Assembly: GCA_963514005.1 (NCBI GenBank)
Contig: OY740807.1
Span: 20,646,001 to 20,710,000, forward strand
Reading direction: 5' to 3'
From: Raja brachyura
Lineage: Eukaryota
Length of the DNA stretch: 64,000 bases
Positions 12,701 through 24,700 of this stretch are shown here, piece after piece (position 1 is the stretch's first letter; each line of letters begins with the position of its first letter). The notes under the pieces are model-generated. The model was not told where the DNA came from and ran no database searches. It saw only the letters and a list, made by a program, of their open reading frames with translations. The position numbers and the translations under genes are program-made.

Positions 12701-15700
12701 TGTTGGGAAGCTAGATGTTTGATACAGGAGGAGGCCACAATGTCTTTCTACTTCGATACAGTTTCACACTGATATAATTAGCGGTTTGGTAGCTGTCACA
12801 CAGGAATAGCATGAGCACCTCAGGGTCAGAGATAGACCAACATTTCAATACAAAGGCAATGCCACCTGTAAATAGATTGCTGGTATGAGGCAGGATTCTC
12901 AAGCAGCGAGGGTATGCTATACATGAGTGATCAGCTATTCTCCATCAGTGGAGGTTTGCCATGCTAAAGCAGATTGCCCCCTTATTCTTACTGAGAAACA
13001 AAACATGTGAATTCATCTCTCATCTACAGGTGATTTGGGGATGGGATGTCTATGAACCAGCTCAGCATTAGGTCTGAATGGTCAAACAGGTTCTTGGTGT
13101 GTAGGTTCAGTGTGTTACTGTGTCCCAGCAAAGGCTTCGGAGTCAACCTCCCCCATGACCTGTTGGGCGACACAATCATCACTGGTCCATTGCCAGCCAT
13201 CTAAGACTGTCTTTTGATTAACTGAGGGCTATAGTCTGAAGCCACCCTGTTTAGGGCCAGAGTTTCAAGTGGGTCATCAAGGATATCTGCATGGACAGTA
13301 AAGGAAATGGAGCTGCCTTCCAATGATCAGACTTCAGCATAGGGCCTGCACTGTCAGGCCTAGACTTAGGCCATAGGCTTCACCATAGGGCCCAGATAAC
13401 CAAAACCCATCTACAATATGGTTTAAATGGTGTTTAGCTTGATAAACAGATGTTGTGATTTTAGTTTGGTATAAGCAGTTACCTAACGCATTCTCAATTT
13501 GGACACTTAACATTTTTCACTGTAGAGATCATTTACACAGGTGTGACAACTGCTGGCATTGTTCCATATCCTGTGGTACCTTCTTTGCAAGCTTGCGAAG
13601 GTGATGCATTTCAGGATGGTTTGCTTGAGAAAAACCTTTATTGGCTGTGGACAGTGGCAAATAAAAATAATGACCTCTATGCCATGCAATGCATGATTAT
13701 CAAATAATTTGAACAATGTTATTTATTGCTGTTGTGTTATTCCCAAAGAGGAATTTAAACTCCAAGGAATATAGGCCCATGCTATTTAGTCTAAATTGGT
13801 AGGACAACCTCTCATTCCCAGAATCAGCCAGCGAATATCCTTCGTAATGTCTCTATGTGAGTGGGCAAATGTTTGGCAGATGCAGTATAATGTGGATAAA
13901 TGTGAGGTTATCCACTTTGGTGGCAAAAATAGGAAAGCAGACTATTATCTAAATGGTGGCCCATTAGGAAAAGGGGAGATGCAGCGCGACCTGGGTGTCA
14001 TGGTACACCAGTCATTGAAAGTAGGCATGCAGGTGCAGCAGGCAGTGAAGAAAGCAAATGGTATGTTAGCTTTCATAGCAAAAGGATTTGAGTATATGAG
14101 CAGGGAGGTTCTACTTCAGTTGTATAGGGTCTTGGTGAGACCACACCTGGAGTATTGCGTACAGTTCTGGTCTCCAAATCTGAGGAAGGACATTATTGCC
14201 ATAGAGGGAGTGCAGAGGAGGTTCACCAGACTGATTCCTGGGATGTCAGGACTGTCTTATGAACAAAGACTGCATAGACTCGGTTTATACTCTCTAGAAT
14301 TTAGGAGATTGAGAGGGGATCTTATAGAAACTTACAAAATTCTTAAGGGGTTGGACAGGCTAGATGCAGGAAGATTGTTCCCGATGTTGGGGAGGTCCAG
14401 GACAAGAGGTCACAGCTTAAGGATAAGGGGGAAATCCTTTAGGACCGAGATGAGAAGGACTTTTTTCACACAGAGTGGTGGGTCTCTGGAACTCTCTGCC
14501 ACTATGTCTCTCTGAACTTCAATCAGTTCCAGTCTCTCTCCATTTAGATAATAACCTGCCTCTTACCAATGTATACAGCTTCCGCACATTAAACTACATC
14601 TGCCAGTATTTTGCCCATTCACTCGATATACTTGTATCCTGTTGCAGTATCATAATACAGCCTTCAGTCTATTGTTTGTACCATCAACAAATTTGGAAAT
14701 TTTGCTTACAACATCTCCCTTCTGATCATTAATATAAATATTGAACAATTGTGGCCAAGAACTGCTCCCTGAGGTTTTCCACTAGTTACCTCCTTCCGGT
14801 GAATAAAGTACATATTTATTTGAACTGTTTTCTATGAGTAGGAAAGAACTGAAAATGCTGGTTTAAATGAAAGATAGCCACAAAATAGAAACATAGAAAA
14901 ATAGGTGCAGGAGTAGGCCATTCGGCCCTTTGAGCCAGCACTGCCATTCAATATGATCATGGCAAATCATCTAAAATCAGTACCCCGTTCCTGCTTTTTC
15001 ACCATGTCCCTTGATTCATTTAGCCCTGAGAGCTAAATCTAAATCTCTCTTGAAAGCATCCAGTGAATTGGCCTCCACTGTTTTCTGTGGCAGTAAATTC
15101 CACAGATTCACAACTCTCTGGGTGAAAGGGTTTTCCTCATCTTAGTCCTAAATGGCCTACCCCTTATTCTTAAACTGTGACCCCTGGTTCTGCACTCCCC
15201 CAACATTGGGAAGTTTTTTCCTTCATCTGGCCTGTCCAATCCTTTAAGGATTTTATATGTTTCTATAAGATCCCCTCTCATCCTCCTAATTTCCAGTGAA
15301 TATAAGCCCAGTCGACCTATTATTTCACCCTATGTCAGTCCCGCCATTGTGGGACTTGGTGAAAATATGCTGCACTCCCTCAATAGCAATAATGTCCTTA
15401 TTCAAATTAGGAGACCCAAATTGCACACAATGCTTCAGGTGCAGTCTCACCAGGGCCCTATACAACTGCAGTAGCCTCCTTGCTCCTAAACGCAAATCCT
15501 CTCTCAATAAAGGCCAACATGCCATTAGCTTTCTTCACTGCCTGATGTACAAGCACACCCATTTACCTCACATTTATCCACATTATATTACATCTGCCAT
15601 GCTTCTGCCCATTCACCCAACCTATCCAAGTCACCCTGCAGCCTCATAGCATTCTCCTTGCAGCTCACACTGCCACCCAGCTTTGTGTCATTCGTAAACT

Positions 15701-18700
15701 TGGAGCTGTTACATTTCATTCCCTCGGCTAAATCATTAATATATCTTGTAAACAACTGGTGTCCCAGCACCGAGACTTGCGGCACCCCACTAGTCACTAC
15801 CTGCCAGACTGAAGAAAAAACATCACTCATTCCTTCTCTCCAGAGATGCCGCCTGTCTCGCTGAGTTACTCCAGCATTTTGTGTCTATCTCTGTTTTCTA
15901 TGAGACAGCCAGTTTACAGTCCTTTCTAACACACTTTATCTGGTTCTATGGGCCTTTAATTTATGCGCAAGCCTTTATGTAGCATCGTGTCAAATGCCCT
16001 TTATGAATCTACACTAAAGCTACAGGTTCCCCTCCGTCAACTCTCCCTGTTATTTCCTCAAAGAATTCAAGCGGATTTGCCAAACATAATTTACCTTTTG
16101 TAAAATCATGTTGTGACTAGGTTTAACAGCTAGGTTTAGCATGTTGTTCAGCTATCCTAAACAATTGTCCGTTTCCTCTATAACCTCCTCTATAGGAAAT
16201 GATTTGATTTCCGAAGTATTAGGGGACTCCAGGATTAGGTGACATACCCAGTAAATTAAAGTCATGTGTTTTGGAAGTTCAGAAATAGTTTTATAGTATT
16301 CTATAGAAAAGCATGTTGGCACTGTCTTCAGAAACCCTGGTTGTTCCTGCCCCAACATTTTGTGTACCCATGCTTCAGTGCAATAACTACTTACTGTAGA
16401 TATCAAACATGAATAATTAAAAAGTATCTTCTTGAATATCCTAATTGCGTGAATTATGTCGCAATTTAAATGATAAATATCCATCATAATGGGTGGTCAT
16501 TAATCCAATTAAAATTGTTGCCTAATAGAATTGTTCCATTCATGAAATGTAATGTTGCATCTCATGAATGGAAGCAACTCCCCTTTGACCTGGAAGTACT
16601 TCATGCAGGTGTTGCAAGGAAACTGTGGTAAAGTATATTGTTCATCAAAATTTGCCACATTTTATCATCATGAGTAGCAGTATTATTATCTTGGGGGAAA
16701 AAAAGGGTATTTTAACTACACATACTGTTGAAATCTGCTCTGAAGGAAGTCTGAAATCTAAAGTACTCCTAAGGAAGTCTACACACATATTGGGACGTAT
16801 AATTTTACTCCCCTAATTTTTATTCATTAATTTTCTCCGTAGGTCTACAAGCCCTAAAACCAAACGCAAAGACAGAAGCAAACAAAGAAGGCGGTATGTT
16901 TAATTTATTAATGATTATCCTAGCGGGACTCATGATTCAGCCTTTGATATAAGCTGTTTCTTGCTCACAAAGATGGCCTGAATGATAGATGTTGGACCAT
17001 GGTGATTCTTATTCTTATATTGTTATAGAGGTTTGGTGCAGAGTTCATGATAATGCCAAATAATCTAGTTACACAGCCCTGTAGAGCTCAGTTTCCCACA
17101 TTTGTCTTTTTAGCTTTTCTCTTTTCTCCTTTTCATTTCTATAGTTCTAATGCCTAATTAAAAATATTGAATAAAGGTATAATAATAAAAATTCAAGAAC
17201 CTAATCTAATCAAATATATCAAATGGTTGCCTAATTATTTATGTCACCAAAGCCAAAATAACAAATAGCCTCATTGGACATCAGCATAATCCATAGTGCT
17301 CAATGCTTTCTTGTTTGAAGACAAAAGACACTGCAGATGCTGGAATCTAGAATGGTAAAAGGTCTCAGTGGGTCAATGTTTTGGGTAGAGATCCTGCATC
17401 AGGAGTGAGAGGGGATAGGAAAGATTTCCAATAAATAGGAGTGCGAAGGCAGATGGGATAGAGGCCAATGAGGATGTTGGCCTGACCTTAGCAATGGAGA
17501 AGTCCAAGGGCAGACAGTTCAGTGTGGGAGTGGAAACGGTGATGTGCCATGCCACCAAAAGCTCAAGAAGGCCGTTGTAACCTTGGGGAACACCACTCAT
17601 ATTCTGCCTGGTAGTTTACAATGCAATGGAATGAAAAATAATTGTTCTAATTTCCAAACCCACACCACACATCACCACCCCAGTGTTCTCCTTCCACACA
17701 CACTCACCTGTCCTTCTCGGTTTCTTCTCACCTTGTTCTCCCCTTCCCCACACCTCATTCCATCATCCCCTCCGCTGCACCTATCACCCACCAGCCTCTG
17801 TCCCACCTCACTTTGTGCTATTATTTCCTGGCAACATTTTTAATTCCCTCTCAATCTTGATGCAGTTCAGACCCTAAATGTCAAATTCCATGTTTGGCCT
17901 CTGCAGGAGCTGCTTGACTCATAGTGCATTCTGAGTTCTTCCATCATTCTGTTTTCTTGTATATTACACTTTGTTTGTTACCTTTCCATTTTGCAGTGAT
18001 TTTTTGCTATAGTTCAAGTTATGTTGATTTAAAATGTACCTCATATTTATAGTTTAAGTTGCACAGAGAAAGTACATGGAGTTCCCATTTAGTTTGTATA
18101 ATTCTTTGCAGTGTTGCTTTACATTAGTGTTGGGTACGTATCCACCATAAAATAACAGAAAAAAATGGTAAATACTCAGCAGGTCAAATTGCATCGGTGA
18201 TCAAGAGATCGGAGATAATATTTCAGGTTGATGGCCTACACACACAGATCAGTACTGCCCAGGACCAGGCCCTTCGGCCCACAATGTCTGTGCCAAATAT
18301 TATCTCAACGTAAACTAATCTCTCCCTATACATGATCCATATTTCTCCATTTTCTGCCTGTAAAATTCTTTTAGCTGTCACACCTTTAAATTCTCCCCTC
18401 TGACCGACCTTCAAGCTAGCTCTTTTAGTCTTTTGTTCTGACAGTCTACCCTATCAATGCCGCTTGGAATTTTTATTCCTTTATCAGATATCCCTCAACG
18501 TCTGACATTCCAGAGAAAACATTCCAAGGGTGTCCAACCTCTCCTATTACTAATCCCCTCTAATCCAAGCAGCAATCTGGTAAACATCTTCAATGCCTAT
18601 TAAAATCAAGTATTTTGTCAAAACGGTGACAAGGAGATAAATAGCTTTTTAAAGAAATAAAGGACAGGAGGAAAGGACAAATGAGTAGGCCTGTGATAGA

Positions 18701-21700
18701 GTGGGTGTCAGAAAGAATAGCCATACGAATTATATCTACAAATACTATTTAGAGTACTGCTATATTTAGTTCTGAACACTGATTTTCAGGAAGGATATAT
18801 TAGCCTTGAAGGACATGTAGTGTTTATTCACTCAAATAGCATCAGTCCTAATCATAGACAATTATGGTAACAGATTTCCTAGGCTAGGCTTGTATTTCTC
18901 ATATGAAATTAATTAAGAGCGTATATAATCGAGTTGTTTAAGATGATCAAATATTTTCATTAGACGTAGAGAAAATATTTCCTCTGGTAGGAGAGTTTAC
19001 ACCCATGGGTGAAATTAGAACTATGCCTCTCTCATATATAATGTGTAATTTTAGACGGCAGTTTTTTGTGTAAATGGTAATGAAAATCTGGAACTCTGTC
19101 CTTCATGGCGTTGTTGAGGATAGATCAATTAAAATTTGATAAGACTCGAGATTTATGTTAGCAAGGCATTAAGTAATATGAAACCATGGGAATTGAATGA
19201 AGGTGCCAATCAACTGCAATCTAATTGAATAATGAAACATGTTCAAAGTGTTGAATGGCATATTCTTTTCCTATGTTTAAAAGGTTTTTCACCCGTTTGA
19301 CAACATTACTTTAATACTTGTAAGGCATTAAACACACTGATGAGTAAACTTGGAATAATTACTGCAGTATTTATAACTTTAATAATCCCATTTTATGTTC
19401 CTGCAACCTTAACTAGTTAATGTGTGAGACAGATTTCACAACAGCCACAATAATGTAGTAAAACTAAAAATATTGCAGCACTAACAGTGGAGTGAAGGGA
19501 ATGAACGCGTTGATTCTATACTAGTAAATAGAAGTCTTGTCCAATCCAGTAAATAATTCACATATTAACGTATAATTTAAGACCAACCTTTTTCAGGTTA
19601 GTCACAGTTTTGTGCACAAACATTCGACTGCCTTCCTGACTCACTACATATTTTTTATTAATCCATTGCAGTATAATAATATTTACCCAAATCAGTGATT
19701 AATTAAAATGAATCACAAGAGATTAGGCATCTATGTTCTAATTGGCATTTTGGTTTATTGCTCCCACCAACTGCAAAATGTAGCTTGTGCCTCCAGTTGA
19801 ATTAATAATGTATGAAATCAGGTTGGAGTTGATAATGTTCCAGATCCATGGCCAATTTACAAGGGCTACCTTTAGTTCCACAATCACATCCTCTGTAGTA
19901 TAGCCAACACTTATCCTTGAATCAGCAACTCAAGAACACCTTGATGTACCATGATCATATTCAGTGAGAGTGTATACGTTAAGAGAAAATAGTGTAAGTG
20001 TTTCAAGCCAATAATCATTCATTAAAACCTGATATTTAGGACTTGGATTAGGAGGAATTGTTCACCTCAAATGACTTGATATTTTTTGGAATTCTCTATC
20101 CCAAAGGCTTGTATGAGCTTGGTCATGTATGTTCAAGAAAGAGATTATTCAAATGTGGTTAATTTTGAAAAGTAGGAAAAAGTAGTCCTTTCAATCATCA
20201 TAAAGAAAGAGACTTCTAAGTGTTCAGGTTTGTAAATAAGACCAACCCAATGCACAATAATACATGTGCATGTATTACATACAACTACTATTTGCATTAA
20301 TACCGTTAATGTTGTGAAACATCTCAAAGCATTTTGCAGTTGTCTTATCAAACAAATGTAATACTAAACCACAAAAGAGGTTTATGAACAAGTGATCAGG
20401 AAGGTTTTGAGTACCTATGAATAGAAAAATGGTAAGATTTATGAATTAGCAGCAGCATTTTGAGGAGATATTTCCAGATTTGTAATATTCTTAGTGTAAA
20501 ATACCTCCTGACATCTCGCCTGATTCATAAAGTTATGTATTTATTCTAAATTCTTCAACCAGAGGAAATATTTATGTTTTAATCTTCCTAATTTAAGGGA
20601 ATGTGGCCTGAATTCTAGCATTCTGTACTCATAACATAAATAATGGTTTTTTTTGTGTGATTAATAGAATTATTTTTTTTACATTATAAATAATAATGAA
20701 ATGCTGTGATACATTAAGTAATCAGTCGTGTTCTGATTGAAAGGTAGATTCTGCATAAAGGGCTGTTTTCTGATTGTCTGCTAATGATATTCTTTTCAAA
20801 TTCTATATTATACTGACATTTCCACTGCTGATAACATCCACAGGAAAGACATTGCTCAGTGTGGTCCATTTCTCATGCAAGCATCTTTTCCTCAACAGGT
20901 CACCCAGTGAGTCACCACCACGGAAAACACACAAAGCCCGAAGCTGTTGCAGCTCCCGCAGTGTGTCTGCATCGTCCATACGCAGCTCCTCCAAATCTCC
21001 AAGCAGGTCAGTATTACATGCCACATATTCGGCCGAATATTAACAGACTAGGTGTTATGTTATTATCCAAATTCTGACTTCCCGTCTGTAAACCTAATTC
21101 CCTGATGTTAACTTTACCATCATTACCTATCCCCATTCATAATTAGAATGGGAACGTTTCTAATTTTGGTTAGACATTACTCTTGTTCTGCAGTACGTTA
21201 CAAGTTTTATCACAAAGGCCATCTGTTCAAGGCAGCACCCAGCAGTTAATAGAATTAGATATTCAGCAGTGCTTTCAAAGGTTCCACACTGCCGATTTCA
21301 TGATCCTAGTCAAAATGAGATTAAATCACTACAGAATTCTTAATTTGTAACTCCCATCTGTTAAACGTCTAAAACTTGTAACAGAATAAATAATATGTAA
21401 CACCCAATTCTATTTTATGAAATACTGGAAGTTTAGTAATCTGGCAATTTATATTACAGCCCACCTAGAGAGCAGATTGCTGCAATGGGTAAATATGTTC
21501 TGAGAAAGATTTAAAAAAATGGGGATGAGGAGTAAGAAAGATACAGACAAAAGATAGAAAGTGTGAGGAATCGAGAAAAGGAGGGAGAGAGAAATTATTA
21601 TTGCACTGTTCCTTAACATAATAGTTAAAACTGATTAACACACTTTTTATTTTAATAGGCCTATTAATATATTACCATGATTTTGTAAATAAATAACAAC

Positions 21701-24700
21701 AGAGTGTGAAAAAGGACAAACGTATCAATCTAAAATGTGTATGGGCTATGTTGGCACCTAGGTCATTTTGCTTTCCATTTGATCCTATCTGACCGTTTAT
21801 TTAATCTTGACAAATCATGTGTAGCAAGGGCAGTTTTTACAGGTGTACTAATTTCTAGACAGACGGTTCTAAATTGGCATAGAACATAAAGATATAAGTA
21901 CAGCTGCCAGCCTATACTTTCAATAGCGATCTAAATTAAATGTTTTCCCCAAGCTTTCACGTCAGGTTTGCATTGCGTCCATGCAACCTTTCTATTAACA
22001 TGCAGGTCTTAAAACCTGTTAACAATACTGGAGAAGGTGATCTTCTGTAGTAGGGTCTCGACCCAAAATGTCACCCATTCCTTCTCTCCAGAGATGCTGC
22101 CTGTCCCGCTGAGTTACTCCAGCTTTTTGTGTCTATTTACTGAAACACAGGCCTGGATTCTCCTTGACAACCTGCTGCCTGTAAAGCCTATTCATCTGAA
22201 GGCAATTTGAAAGGCAATCAACCAGCACCAAGGTCCTGGAGCCAGTTAGATCCTATGCTGCAGCAACTCATTCCAGTGATATCTGGAACCATCTCCACTT
22301 AAAAAATCCCCCTGAACTTTTGGCAGATGACAATGCTCTTAATAGAAGGTGCATCTTGGGCACAATGCTGCTTGGCTTCACCATTGCCATCTATGCCACT
22401 CACTCATAGCTTAAAAGCCACCACAGCCATTGATTGTTTGTGATTATTCCTGACATTGTAATTACAAAAAATAGTTTATTACAATATTTTTTTAATTGGC
22501 AAAGACACAAAAATATTTAATATCACAATTTAAATATCAAATTCCAAAACATGGATTTTTATGTGAAATTACTGACAAAATTCACAACATTAAGATGCCT
22601 TGCTTATAATACCCATTTTCTATAAGTTAATGCTTTCTTGCTGTAATACTTCCCCAATATTGTTGATAAAACAGCAATGCCATGGAGGATTTATCTGCAT
22701 TTAGTTAATTGTTTCATCCCAATATTATTTGGGCTTAAGTTCATCAAGCATAGGAGAAAATAAACCATCAACAAATACCTAACGTGCAAGTGCCAGATTT
22801 TGCCACATGAACTTTTAAAAATTTAATAATGGCATGACAGGTTAATGGTGAAGTTTAATAGCCTTCTGATTAGGTGGTACTACATTGAAGCAAGCTGTGT
22901 GGAGTGATTGAGGGGCTGCAGCGAGGTCAACAATGTACTTGAATTGTATTCGCAAATGCACAGTGTGCAACAGTGTATTACAATCTTTCAACACTTCATT
23001 GACTAAAGACTAATCACCCACTGACCAATGTTGGAACTCAGCAACGAGCTTATTGGTTACACTTAATCAGCCACTTGCTTTTATTTGTTTTCCAGTTCCC
23101 ACAGCCCATCTTCAGAGCGTAGAACATCACATTCCAAAAGCAAACGCAGTGCTATTTCCAGGCAGCCCAAGAATGACACAAACGAACCCAGTCAATCTCC
23201 TCTGCAAGGCCGACGCAACAGATCAGTGACTCCCAGAGAGAATGGACACAAGGGTCCTTCGTGGAGTGACAGACACAGTCCAAGACACAGACATCCACCA
23301 AACAGATCACAGGATGTATGTAGTCTTTTCCTTCTTTTCTCTGGTTTTCCTCTTTTCTCTCTCTTTTTCTCCTATCCAGCCCCTTCTCTTTTCCTCTCTC
23401 TCTTCTGGGAGTTTTGAAGCCAGTTTCCAATCAGAATCTTGTGTGTGCTCTCCATTCCCCATCATTGTTTTCTATTTCTCATTACCATCTGAACAGCATG
23501 TGCAGTTCATTAGCAATAAGCTTCATTTGTGGTAGAAAATTCCAAATCCTATGAACAATTTAGTAGAGAGTACCTTATTAATCTTAGGATGTCCTTCCTC
23601 CATATATAAATTGTATCCAGAAATTTGTCTATTGAACTAATGATCAGTTCGTTAAAGGGTTTAGTGAAAATCTATATCCAATTGGTAAGGAAAAGTAGGG
23701 AGAACAGAGTCAGAACTGACTAGCCTTTCACAAAATTTGATTGCATAATGGTATTAATGATATTTTAAAGTAGTGATGAGAGATCTCAGTTGTTCAAAGA
23801 AATAAGAGTTAAACTGATATTTCCTTTTGAGCAGGAAAGGTTGGCTAGAAGTGTAAAAAGAAGTAGTCAAGATTATGAATGGTGCGGTACAGGAGAAATG
23901 ATTTCTACTGACAGGAGGCTCGCATGACAAATGTATAAAATAATTAACAAGGGCAAGAGAACATGAGATAAAAAAGTATCTGCATTAAGATTTCATGATC
24001 AGAATGTCTGTTTGAAAAATGGATGGAAACAAATGAAAAAGTAAAATTAAGAAAAGAAAGTAAAATACTTAAAAGGACAAAAACCCTACATAGGTTAAAC
24101 ATTGGGATAGGACTGATAGACCTTTGGTCCAAAGCAGGATTTTATGACAATTAAAATGTAAGTTACATGAACTCTTAATTAGTTTTTGCAACCCATCCCC
24201 ATTGTAATGAATTGTAATGTGCAAGCCATAGATTCAAGTATGCTGTTTGAGAGGCTCAACAGTCTGGAAACATGATCTGTCCCCTGCAGATTTTGTGATT
24301 TTGTGATTACTGTCAGCTTCATTTTGGCTCAAAGGGAGCAGGGATTAGCCAAATTAATATGTATTCCATTGATGTGTTCCATTTTCCCTGTATCTTGAAA
24401 CAAAATACAAGAGAAACAATCTGAAGCCACATGTTGGCGATTAAACGAAGCGTCCTTGGGTAAAACTTTTAGGGAGATATGATTATTTATATTGTGTTTC
24501 CTCATGTTGCCACCACTTCGAATATACCGATACAGCTGGTGGAAACAAATGATGAAGTGATACACTGCACCAATTTCCAATTGCAGCATTCTCAAATGCT
24601 GCTGTCTGCATTTTCTTACTGGGTATACAACAGATACCACCTTATTTGGCAAAACATGATGATATTTATTATTCAAGGTGCCATCCGTGTGTCTCTCCAG

